Source: Octopus vulgaris
Taxonomy: Eukaryota
Assembly: GCA_951406725.2 (NCBI GenBank)
Contig: OX597814.1
Location: 135,594,001-135,658,000, forward strand
Direction: 5' to 3'
DNA: 64,000 nucleotides
Part shown: piece by piece, positions 52,441 through 64,000 of the stretch
How positions within the stretch are numbered: position 1 is the stretch's first letter
Layout: each line of letters opens with the position of its first letter
Notes under the pieces: generated by a model
What the model saw: the letters and a program-made list of their open reading frames with translations, nothing else
The model's database searches: none
What the model was told of the DNA's origin: nothing
Made by a program: the position numbers and the translations under genes

Positions 52441-53071
52441 TCAAGTGAAGGTGAATTTAAAAATCACTATGCCAATCACATAGCCTCCTTCTAACATAGA
52501 GACAAAAGTGAAGGTACTAAGTTGGCTAGCTACCTGTGGACTTTGAAAGATAATGAAGCACCACATGTGATTAAATGAAAAATAATTGAGAAATCCATAC
52601 CTTGTGTGAATGGACCGAATACATGTACACTTTGTTTAGCTGAAAGAAGACAGATCCAGTTCAGATCTAGGATCCCTAACTCTCTATTAAACTCTAGGTC
52701 AGAAATTTTCAGTGGTTGCATGCATATGTATAAATATATTTTGAAGAATTGGAAAATTCCACCTATTTCTGACTGACTTGATATCTTTCCGACCTTATCA
52801 TTCAAGGTCTAAGGAGGAAAGCTCCTTTACCTTTTTAGTTTTTGTGTTTTCGTTTTCAGCTTTTCATTTTCTGTTGTTTACTTTCTGCATTTCTAAACAC
52901 TGCCGTCTCAGTTTTTTTTTTTTTTGTTTTGTTTTTTGTTTCTTCTATTATTCAGTTTTTTTTTTTTTAGTTTGTTATGATATGTGGTTTGTGCCTGAAA
53001 AATATGTGAATTTTCTCAACACATGAAACTATTAGTAGTGCTTTAATACATGTATTGTGACCTTTAAATAA
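52430..53071 (+). mobile_element. Second PLE 3' end, inverted relative to the first
   Basis: Reverse-complement match to 51751-52359; EGEFKNHYANHIASF...LASYLWTLKD; hammerhead core mutated to CTGAAAA at 52995-53001. Confidence 0.85.
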
Positions 53072-55296
53072 ATAATATTTATCTCTCACCAGATGGAATA
53101 GTTTTTTGCTGAATTTTCTATCACAGAACAGTACTTTGTGTGTGTGTGTGTATGTGTGTGATGATTTTTAACCAGTATTGAGTTTTACAATTCTGTAAAT
53201 AATATTTTTTTTATAAGCTTAAAGCTTATAAATGATCACCTGTGTATTGACTAAATAAAATAGTTTAATATTGGGGCATTTAAGTCCTCAGTGGAAAAAA
53301 GTGGGATTTCTATACATGTGGGATACCAACCCACACATCTGTTTTCATGACAAGTTTTCTAACATAACACCACTTGGTTATATATATATATCAAGCTTCC
53401 ACACAGTTTCCATGTACTATATCCACTCATAAAGTATTAGTTGGCCCAGAACTATAACAAAAACCCATACTAAAAGTGCCACACTGTGGGACTGAACCCC
53501 AAACCACATGATTGCAACGTAAGCTTCTTAACCACACAGCCACACCCAAGACATCTCATCTCATCTTTGCCCACTTATTTCAGGGAGGGTCATGGGGCAA
53601 AGTCCTCAAGCATGCTTTCCACTGACTCCAAACCAACTGACTCAGGTGGCATTTGAACTCTCAAGGTAAACTAAACATATCAAGACATTCTGTCAGGTCT
53701 CAAATGATATCACCAATCGACAAAGTAAATATCAGCAGTCTCTGAGCCTTTATAAAACTCAGTGGTTGCAAAATTAAGGGACTGGGAACCTACCTTACAT
53801 AACTAACAGGAGACAATAAATGGCAGAATTTATTCATTTCCTACAACCCTACACATGGACTTTTTTTTTTTTTTGTAGCAGAATCCATTCTGTTGTAAAC
53901 ATTTAAACCAAGTTTACCAAAGCATGACCAACCAAGCTCATGAATGTTTTTCAACCAACTTGTTCATAGCCTACCCACTGGGTCTCCTACCAATTGGTTT
54001 TTGCCCATAGAACTTGAGTGATTCTTTCTTGAGACATTCTCACCACATAGCAACAGTATCAGAACTATGATTTTTCAATTCAGAAAAATAGTGGCTCAAT
54101 CTGGAGTACCTCTCTGATCATCGAACTATGTACTTGATTGAATAACATTACTCCAAAAACTCTTGAATACATACAACTAGGGTTTATTTCATAAGAAATA
54201 TGAACATCGAATAGTTTCCATGGAAATTCTTGTAAATAACTAATGTGGTTGATTAGCTCTGAATTATGAACAAGCAGACCTATGATCAAAGATTTTATAC
54301 TCATGACCTCCTAGTCTCCTTTTCCAAGTGCAGTGCAGAGTCACATTATCCAATGTATCACTTTTTTTCTTAAATGGTAGGTAGTGTTTAGGGGGAGATT
54401 TAGCTGCTATTTCTAGCAAGTTCCATAAAAACATTACGTGAATAAATGAGAGAACAAGAAAAATGGATAAGACAAAGAGAGGCGAGTGAGAAGTGGGGAA
54501 GTGAGTGAGAAATAATTAGGAATTGAGAAAGTGAGTGAGAGGGAGAGTGGCAGAATATAGAAAAGTAGGAGCATGTGTGTGGAAGAGTGGATAAAACAGA
54601 GAGGGAATGGGGAAGAGAGTGGTAAAGAGGAGAGAAACATCAATCTTCAAGTCAGAGAAAGTGTTAGACAGGGTCACATGGTTTGTCATCTAATAATGAG
54701 GTAGTTTTGTGTCATTGACTGGTTCTTGAAAGTATAGATAAGAGCTCAAAATTTAAAAGAAAACCAGATTTTTAATCTAATATCAATGATGCTATGTATT
54801 GATACATGTATATATGCATCAAAAAGATCTCCCCTTCTATCACCCTCCCTAATAAGTCATAACTCACCCCAACTCTAAAAGGTAACCATATGAACTAAAT
54901 TGCCTGTTACTTCAACTACCTAATCTGAAGATATGGAAATGAAAATTTATAACAGAGGGAAGGGAGGGGGAAAGGGAATTGTTTGACAAAAGAGATTGAT
55001 AAGGTAAGTACTAGACTTTAAAAAAAAACAAGTCTTGGGGTCGATATGTTCAACTAAACCCTTCAAAGCGGTGCCCCAGCATGGCTGCAGTCCAATGACA
55101 GTTACAAATAAAAGATAAGAGACAATCCATCCAAAAAGCTTCCACAAAGTTTCTATCAATCCAATTTTTCTTACAAGGCTTAGATTGACTCAATGCTATG
55201 TTAACCCTTTAGCACTTAAGCCATGTCTGGCTTAAATATTCTGTTTCATGATCAAACTGAACACTCTCTCTCCTTCAAACTTGTATTGATCTAGTG

Positions 55297-55608
55297 CAGT
55301 GGTTCCCAAAGTGCGTGATATTGCCCCCCACCCCTCGGTGGTTGTGGAAAGATCCAGTGGAGGTGGCCTAGAAGAAAAGTGAGGCAATAATGGGTGGCCA
55401 AAAGGGGTTTGATGGCGGGGCAGCCAAAAGGATGGGATGACCAAAAAGGGGCAAAGGAGTTAAAAACAACAAAATAATGGGTTAATTAGGTTGTGAATTT
55501 ATTTTAAAAAGTGATCTGTATTTGTAGTGGTGAGTTGGTGGGGAGAGGCACTAGGAATGTAGCCCAAGTGCCAAGTGGGTAGCAGCCCCAAATTTTTGGG
55601 AATCAATG
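55297..55608. mobile_element. hAT (Charlie-like) MITE with perfect 8-bp TSD
   Basis: ATCTAGTG at 55289-96 and 55609-16; TIR CAGTGGTTCCCAAA / TTTGGGAATCAATG. Confidence 0.85.
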
Positions 55609-56272
55609 ATCTAGTGCAACAAGTGCCACAAGCCCATCATTTAGAGGCTGCAGGATTTATATGTAGCTACCTTCCCTTTGATGAGCTTTAAAGAGTTGAA
55701 AGGCCTCATCTCCCTTGGGTCCATAAGGATGTCTGGGGTGGGGGGGTCTCCTTTCAAAAAATTAATTCCGTGACATGCTAACCAATAACTGGGATCCCAA
55801 CAGATGCTACTATTCCAGGTTTGAGAAGACTTGGAAACAATAGTAGCTAAGAGGTGATTCCACACATCTCAAAACCCTGAAACTCCTAAACCAGGGTTCT
55901 GTTATCAGATGCAGTTTAAAGCCATACCCAGAACAATCAGTGACTGTAACAGTAGACAGAATCAGTTCTGGAATGAAGTCTGCTATCACTTCATATAGAA
56001 AAGCATGACCTCTGATTAAACCAGTACAAATATAAAAACAGTTTATTTTTATAAATAATATATTCAATTTTTTTGAATGACTTTAGTTAAGAGAAAGGGG
56101 CCATATCCTTGACCTTTGAATTCCTTTGACAAAATTAATGTAGCTGATAATGTTTAGTTTGAATGGTTGAATGCTGATATCTGTGAGGAAAATGCCGGGC
56201 GGTGGGGTGGAAGTAATTCCACAACGTTGATACTCAGGAGAAGGAATGGTACAGATAGTGGTTAGTGAAGAG

Positions 56273-57760
56273 CAGAGGTTCTCAAACTTTTTGGGCCACT
56301 GCCCCACTCATGGTCACATAATACCCTCAGTGCCCTACCCCTACTTTTATCTCTCTATATATAAACGGCAGTTTGTCTGTGTGTCTGTCAGGTTGTACCC
56401 CCCTCACCCTGACCACGGCTTTCAACCGATTCTGATGAAACTTGACACACACATAGCCCAATGTCATAATTCAAAACTAACGCAGCAAAAATTTTGAAAA
56501 GTTCCCCCAGTTCTGAAAAAAATCGATAAATTCGACATGGGGGTCGAGAATCTAACCTTTTTATATGCAACACATTTTCTGTTGTAGTTTTCACAACTTG
56601 CAATCGACTTTCACCAAACTTATGGTGAAGCTTAATGTTACCCTAAGAAACTTAATTCTGACGTTAGTTTTCCATGCAATACCTTACCATCAGAAAAAAA
56701 TCGATAAAATTATGCCATTTTGGGAAATCGTGTTCAAATTCAAGATGACATATTTTCGACAATATCTTTCACAAATTGGCAGGAATTTTTTTTTAAATTC
56801 ACAGCGAGCATCATGTCTGCTCCAAGGAACTATATGGCTCTTTTTATTCCAATAGGATATCTTATTACTGGAAAAAAATCAGTTAATTAAATCATATGTG
56901 GCACACATAGCAAACCGATTTGTGTATTAAACACAAACCACAGACTGTCTAGGGGACGCAATTCGACCTTTTTAACTCTCGGAACACGTGGGGTAAGTAT
57001 CCCAAAATGTATAAAAATGTACAAAAATGGCAAAAAAAGCGGGCAGCAATGTGAGTGACAACAACGAAAAAGTCAAAAGTGACCAAACTGAACCAACGAA
57101 TGGAAAAGGTTTTTTGGTGCACACTACAAAAGCGGTATATAATAAACCAAGAGTTTGCAAGTAGCATCCGAGGACCCTTAGGGTACGTTAAAAATTTAAG
57201 GTAAAACGTTTGGGGTGGTAGTTATAAAGAAAGTTTAAACAAAAAAAGTATTCGAATAACTTGCAGCTGCAGCAGCTATTAGCCGAAGCGGCAGTATTGG
57301 GGGTAAAGTCTCGAATGTAATTTCTTCCTGGTAGGAATTGGTTGGGTTGAATTATCGATAGCTGTTTGATAGTTATTTGGGAGTGAAGAGAAGACATTGC
57401 AACCTACACATGCGCCTTCATTCCCTAGAGGGAAAGGACTATATTGGGATTAGTCGTTGCCTACTAGGGGCTCTTACATACCCGGGAAACGCGGGCTATG
57501 CTGCAAGTGTATAAATAAATATTTTAAATTTTACTAATTTATATATCCTATGAATTATTTGGTATTTAATATATTATATAATTTGTATAATAATATAATT
57601 AATTCATAGCGCCCCCCAGGTCACTGCCTTCCTCCAAATGCCTCCTTATTCTCTACTGCTCTTCCCCCCACACTTAGGCACCAGCATCCACCTGGACCAT
57701 CTCAACACCTACAGGGGGGGAGGGGTCTGGGGGCAGTAACGCCCACTTTGAGAACCTATG
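56273..57760. mobile_element. hAT MITE split by a nested Helitron
   Basis: TIR CAGAGGTTCTCAAA / TTTGAGAACCTATG; TSD GTGAAGAG / GTGTAGAG (7/8). Confidence 0.8.
56350..57507 (+). mobile_element. Non-autonomous Helitron, about 1.16 kb
   Basis: A|TCTCTCTATATATAAA start; subterminal CCCGGGAAACGCGGG hairpin; CTGCAAG|T end (CTAG variant); no TSD; CpG-rich. Confidence 0.75.
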
Positions 57761-57948
57761 GTGTAGAGTCTTGGAAGAATGACACAGAATTGATAACAAG
57801 CAGAGACAGATATGAATGAGTTCGAATAGAGATTGTGTGCAACTAACAAGCTCTGAAAAAAAGATACTGTGGAAGTAGCTCTAGTAGAGATCAGAGTGAG
57901 AAGACAGTGTATCTGTTGAATAGGTTTTGAATTCAGGAGTTGAAACAG

Positions 57949-58978
57949 ATTTTGTTGGGTCTCAGGCGGTTCATTATGTCCGTAACAAACACGTGTACTG
58001 GTTCTATTTCACTTTCATTATTAATAGTCAATTAGTTAACCATTTAAGTACTGTAGATTCTCGAGTATAATCCGCATTTTTTCCCAAAATTTAAAGGTCA
58101 AAATCCCTAGTGCATACCATATACGAGGTTAAAAATAAAAATTATTTTCTAAGAAATGTCCAAGTCCCTATTTGCTGTCCAGCAGTGTTTATTCAGACGC
58201 ATTTTGTGATGTCAGGTACAAAAATATCTTAAGCTAAGCCTGAAAGCAATGAAGTCATAAAAGAATCATCCATAACTTGCAATAAGCGACATTTATTAAA
58301 TGTTATTACTGTTATTTCTTTATTTTCTGCAAACAAAATGCACAAAAAAGCTACATGTTTGCATTATGTTATATATACAATAATAATAAAGGACGTTGTA
58401 TAGACTTCCTTGACTCAAGTTAGAGAAGGGGTGCGTATTATACACAAGGTTTAGGCTTTTCAGAAGTACAGTCCCCTAAAAATCCCCTGTGTATTATACT
58501 CAAGGGAGGACTATACTCGAGGATTTATGGTAATCAATTAACTGATTGGATAATTGATCAATCAGTCAGTTTGCTAGGTTCATCAGAGTCCCTTTTTTGC
58601 CATTTGTGACCTCATCAATTACATGACCTCTTAATCTCAAGTCTACTTTAGGAGCTGTCTGTCTCCTAGATTACAAATTCTATATTTATAATGATGTGAG
58701 TGACACTCTCTCACATGCATTCTCACTCATGTCCCTATGAATACAAAGAGTCTGTAAGCTATGAGACAGACAGACCTGGAGTAGAGAGGGTATGTCATTG
58801 ATGAGATTGCAAATGGCAATGAAAGGACTGATGAACCTAGCTGATTAATATACTCTGATCAAACAATCAGGAAATTTATTAGTTAAATAGTTAACTAATT
58901 GACTAATAGAACCAGTAAAATAGAATTAGTGCATGTGTTTTGGGGGGCATAATGTCCTTCCAGAGATTCAACAAAAAT
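57949..58978. repeat. Large imperfect palindrome (about 260-bp arms) interrupted by a MITE
   Basis: 57949-58050 plus 58531-58700 are complementary to about 58722-58978 once the insert is removed. Confidence 0.8.
58051..58530. mobile_element. Tc1/mariner-superfamily (pogo/Tc2-like) MITE with TA TSD
   Basis: TIR CTGTAGATTCTCGAGTATAATCC / GGACTATACTCGAGGATTTATGG, TA on both sides. Confidence 0.8.
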
Positions 58979-59013
58979 ATTTATCTTTCTTACATGTTCA
59001 CCAAACTGATTAA

Positions 59014-60265
59014 ATGAGCAAACCACAAATCCATTCAGGCAGATGGCCCTGCTCAATCAGTAGAAAAGGTGTAGACAGAAACTCCATAAGATGTACTAGG
59101 TGTAAGCTATGGACACATAAGAGGTGCAGCAATATCAAAGGAAGGCTAACTGGGAAGATAGTTTTTATGTGTGGAAAATGCTCAGGAGCAATAAACACTG
59201 AAAATGTGCAGAAAACAGCTTTCATCACATTCCAGGTGGAAAAACTAGAAGTAGTTGATAGCTTGTTACCTAGGTGACCAAGTCAGTAGCAGTGGTGAAT
59301 ATTCTGAGAGTGTAGCTGCTAGAATAAGAATAGCCTGGGCAAAGTTCAGAGAGCTCCTACCTTTGCTGGTGACAAAGGGACTCTCACTCAGAGTAAAAGG
59401 TAGACTATATGACGCATGTGTGCAAACTGCCATGCTACATGGCAGTGAAACACAGGCTGTGACTGCTGAGGACATGCGTAAGCTTGCAAGGAATGAAGCC
59501 AGTATGCTCCGCCGGATGTGTAATGTCAGTGGTATGGGCATGTGGTGAGAATGGATGAGGATAGCTGTGTGAAAAAGTGCCACACCCTAGCCGTTGAGGG
59601 AACCTGTGGAAGAGGTAGATCCAGGAAAATCCGGGATGAGGTGGTGAAGCATAAACTTTGAACACTAGGCCTCACCGAGGCAATGACTAGTGACCAAAAC
59701 CTTTGGAGATATGCTGTGCTTGAGCAGACCCGGCAAGCAAAGTGAGACCATAACCATGGTGTATGCCAGTGCAGCATAACCAGTCCATTTAAGAGTACCC
59801 TTCAATCATTGGGCAATAAATTGCGCTTGCGAAGACCTGTTGAGGCAAGTGAAATCGTTGTTGTGGCCAATGACAGTACCGCCTGATTGGCACCCATACC
59901 AGTGGCATGTTAAAAGCACCATTCAAGCATGATTTGTTGCAAGTGCTGCCTGACTGGCTCCCATGCCGGTGGCACAAAAAAGGCACCATTCGAGCGTGGT
60001 CGATGCCAGTGCTGGCTGACTGGTGGCACATAAAAAGCAGCATTCAAGTGTGGTCATTGCCAGTACCGCCTGACTGGCCCTCATACTGGTGGCATGTAAA
60101 AAGCACCCACTACATCTCAGAGTGCTTGGCTTTAGGAAGGACATCCAGCTGTAGAAACTTTGCCAGATCAGATTGGAACCTGATACAGCCTTCTGGCTTG
60201 AAAGCCTCCAGTCAAATCGTCCAACCTAGTCAAACCATCCAACGGCGATGATGATGATGATGATG
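59014..60265 (+). mobile_element. 5'-truncated RTE-clade LINE: ORF C-terminus with Cys-rich finger, 3' UTR, (GAT)n tail
   Basis: CS.SRKGVDRNSIRCTRCKLWTHKRCS...CGKC, LEVVDS.CYLGD, RIRIAWAKFREL...KGRLYDACVQTAMLHGSET, GRGRSRK.RDEVV; frameshifted. Confidence 0.9.
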
Positions 60266-60701
60266 AATTTACTGAACTTACGTAACAGAAAAAGCATCAA
60301 GCTTACTGATTCATCTGTTTCATTGCAATTCAAAGAATGGACAATATAAAAATATAAATATTTTAGATCCTACTTAATATTGTATGCTTTCATTTTAAAA
60401 TCAGAAGTAAAACATTTTTTTTAAACATAAATAAAGAAATCATACAAGTTTGTCAAATCAGAAGGGTGGGTACAACAGAAAGTTATATCCTGTCATTGCT
60501 TTCATGGTTTACTGTTAACCAGTACAAAATTCAACACTCCTGCCATTTTACAACTATATTATGACAGTAGCTTCCTATAGATGATTCATTAATTTCATTA
60601 CACATAAACCTAGCAAATTGTTCATGAAGTATTCTTCTAAATTTAATACTTAGAATTTACTGAACCCAAGGAACATAAAACAAAAACGGTACCAAGCTTA
60701 C

Positions 60702-60740
60702 TGATTTATCTGTTTCGTTGCAATTCAGTGAGTTGATCAT
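60702..60740 (-). CDS. Candidate short first coding segment MINSLNCNETDKS (phase 0) in exon 60702-60789
   Basis: CAACAG acceptor before 60789; TAA immediately before ATG; TCA|GTAAGC donor; paralogous copy at 60307-60345 with mostly synonymous changes. Confidence 0.3.
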
Positions 60741-61134
60741 TTAACACACAAGCACACTTGAGATATGTGCAAATTTTGTGCATGTACATCTGTTGGTTAA
60801 TATAAACAAGTTCATACTGTCCTCAGTGACATTCCACATCACTTTATTTTTCACAATCACACACACACTAAAAATAGATATTTTTTCACTCTGAATAAAT
60901 GTACTAAGACTTCAAATTTCTGAATATAAAACATGTAAAACATCACAGAATGCTTGAGAGTCCTTGTAGGTCAAACAGTAAAATATTCTGAATAAAATGG
61001 TAAGATTTATCTTACGTGTGTTACAAACAAAGATGCCTATTTATATAAAAGCTAACAAAATGATACATATCTAGAAGATGTAGATCAATTGTGCCTGGAA
61101 TAGAAGGGATTGAGGATAATCTATTGGAAATATA

Positions 61135-62100
61135 ATATTGGTTTCAAATTCTGGCATAAGGCCAGCAATTTTAAGGGAGGGATAAATCAATTACATCAAC
61201 CCTAGCGTTCAACTGGCCCTTATTTTATTGGCCCTGAAAGGATGACAGTTGACCTTGGTAGAATTTGAACTCAGAACGTAAAGATGGATGAAATGCTACT
61301 AAGCATTTTGCCCAATGTGCTTATGATTTTATCAGCTCATCGCCTTACATCATCAATATTGAAGGATCTTTAATGCAGCAGTTATAATTTTGCTTGTTTT
61401 TACTATTCATGTTCAAATTCTGCCCAGGTCAACTTTACCTTTCATTCTTTCAGGGTCAATAAAATAAGGACCAATTGAACACTAGGATTGATATAATTGA
61501 TTTATCCCTCCCCTAAAATTGTTGGCCTTGTGCCAAAATTTCATTTTGAACATTTGCACAAAGCAACAAATTTCATGGGGGAAGGGTTATAGTCAGATAA
61601 TATTGGTTTCAAATTTTCACACACAGCCAGCAAACACAGGGAAGGGGTAAATCAATTACATTGACCTCAGTGTTTAACTAGTTCTTACTTTATTGACCTC
61701 TACAGGATGAAAGGCAAAGTCAGCCTTGGCAGAATTTGAACTCAAAACATAAAGATGGATGAAATGCTAAGCATTTTGCCTGGTGTCCTAACAGTTCTGT
61801 TAGCTTACTGCCTTCATAGTTAATATCAGAAAGATGAAAACCAAGTTGATCTGAGTGAGATTTGAACTCAGAATGCAAAGGTGATAAATAGCATAATGTA
61901 TTTTGTTCAACATGGTGAGCTGGTAGAATCTTTAGCACATTGGACAAGAATGCTCAGTGGCATTTCTTTTAGTTCTGAGTTTAAATCTCACCAAGCTCAA
62001 CTTTGCCTTTCATCCTTTCGGGGTCAATAAAATAAGTACTTGTCAAGTACTGGGGTCATTGTCATCAACTTGTCTCCTTGTCCAAAAAATTGCTAACCTT
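61135..62100. mobile_element. Cluster of SINE family C copies in alternating orientation
   Basis: About 61135-61346 (-), 61408-61542 (+), 61600-61815 (-), 61912-62100 (+). Confidence 0.75.
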
Positions 62101-62291
62101 GAATCCGGCAACAGACCAGCATCCCATTCATGGGGATGTTATGATCTCTTATATACCTCAGAAACTGGTTACAGCCTTATGAGTCTTGGGGGGTCAAGGA
62201 AAAAAAAAAAATTTATTCAACATTTTTGCCACTCTGTTGTACGTTTTTAAAAATAGTGACAGCAGCAGTATTAATACAGAGAAATGATATA

Positions 62292-62461
62292 TATCTCCAC
62301 TTAAACATGGACGTTCTGTCAGAACAAACTATACTGTGGTAGTTACCATAAAAGAAACTCTCATATTGGCTTTTGGTGCAAAATGCACTCAAGAGTTTCT
62401 CTTATGGTAACTACCACAGTATAGTTTGTTCTAACAGAACATCTATGTTTAAATGGGGATA
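62292..62461. repeat. Inverted repeat, 70-bp arms, 30-nt loop
   Basis: 62292-62361 vs 62392-62461, 64/70 complementary, all differences transitions. Confidence 0.95.
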
Positions 62462-64000
62462 GACATTACCTATTGTACTTTGGCCAGTATTCCATCACTT
62501 CTGCCCATCTGTTCTTATAATAAAAATGTCTAACCTTAATCAGTAAGTTTTGGGAAAAGAAGAATTAAATTGACTCCAGTACTCAACTGCTATTTACTTT
62601 ATTGACACAGGAGGGATAAAAGTGAAGTCAACTCAGAAGGATTTGAATCCAGAATAGCTAAATACAGTGGGGACTTTTTATCTTCTAGTAATCTACCAAT
62701 TCTAATAATAATTCCTCTATTTCCCCTTCCCCAAAAAGAACAATGTAAAAATGCACTAGTGAAAGCAAATGTTTGGAGTAAGTGTTTATAGCCTGGAAAA
62801 CGGATATTAAATAATGAGGATATATGTATGTGTGAGTAAAAGAGAAAATATAAACAATCTAAAATTATACATAATACAATCCTACTCATGTATACGTGTA
62901 TACACACACAGTATGTGCATGATTGAATATACAAATGGTAAATAGAAATACACACGATATAATATAACAGACAATAAATTTATGAAATGAAATTATTCAT
63001 TGTAACTAGATACAATGTATATACATGTGTAAGTGAATAAAAGAGATTATCACAGTCAGAATCTGCTGTATGAGGGATAACCTGTAGTTAGAGAACATCT
63101 TTAACAGCAATAATACATCATCAACAACTCATTAACACTTGAACCAAGCAAGTGAATTTCTGTATATGGTTGCTAGAAATAACAGCCAAATCAACCTTAA
63201 ATTACTTTTAAAATATCTTCGAACAAGGTATATTGGATAATGTGGTCTTGGGTTTCCTGCATATAGAAAAAAGATTAGGTGGTCATGGCTGGAATAACTA
63301 ACATTGCTTGAGAGATGACCTAGAACACCAACAACAATAATAATACCAACAATAGTGATGTCTAACATAAGTACAATGCACAAATCACAAGGGAGGAATA
63401 CAGTCACTCACATTGATCCCAGTAATTGGTTGATACATATTTTATTGATCCTTGAAAAGTTGAAAAGAGAAGTTGACCTAGCACAGTGGTTCTCAACCAA
63501 GGGCCATATGACATTTGCGGGGGCGGTCAATGTAAGATTTTGTTGATAAAGGTTATGTGCAATAAATTGGTTATACTTGTACAACTTTAAGGTGTCAAGC
63601 TGGCTGAATTGTTTGCACACTGGGCAAAATGATTAGTGGTATTAAGTCTACCATTACATTCTGAGTTCAAATTCTGCTGACATCAACTTTGCCTTTCATC
63701 ATTTTGGGGTTAATTAAATAAGTGCCAGTTATGCATTGGGTCGATGTAATCAACTTAATCCCTTTGTCTGTCCTTGTGTGTCCCCTCTATGTTTAACCCC
63801 CTGTCGGCAATAAAGAAATATATACTTCTATGATACACACAAAATATTTAATTTCTTTATGCAATTCCCAACCACATGGTTCTGGGTTCGGTCTCACTGC
63901 ATGGCACCTGGGGCAAGTGTCTTTATCGCCTTGGGCCAACAAAGCCTTCAGTGGATTTGGTAGACTGAAACTTAAAAGAAACTAGTTGTGTGTATGTATA

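Noticed and set aside
58828-58875. CTGATGA...GAAA as a hammerhead
   Set aside because: Stem II does not abut the core and there is no valid stem I or III; part of the fold-back arm

Overview
AT-rich animal genomic DNA with no long ORF. It is made of tRNA-derived SINEs, RTE/CR1/Tx1 LINE remnants, mariner, hAT, piggyBac-type and Helitron non-autonomous elements, Penelope-like (PLE) fragments and microsatellites. The repeat families look like those I recall from octopus (coleoid cephalopod) genomes; that assignment is recognition from memory, not a search. Most ORF-track entries are noise or transposon relics. The window looks mostly intronic. Repeat-free islands hold short minus-strand ATG-to-GTAAG exon candidates: 31595-31679 and 14005-14086 (both phase 1, each with a CCAAT box upstream) and a duplicated short exon near 60.3/60.7 kb. 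These suggest the 5' region of a large minus-strand gene with alternative first exons. Other notable structure: minimal type I hammerhead ribozyme motifs (22498-22559, 51781-51833, plus a core-mutated twin at 52991-53041), a head-to-head inverted pair of PLE GIY-YIG 3' ends, an ORF1-only Tx1/L1-like element, and many long hairpins and fold-backs. Coordinates were counted by hand and may be off by a few bases.
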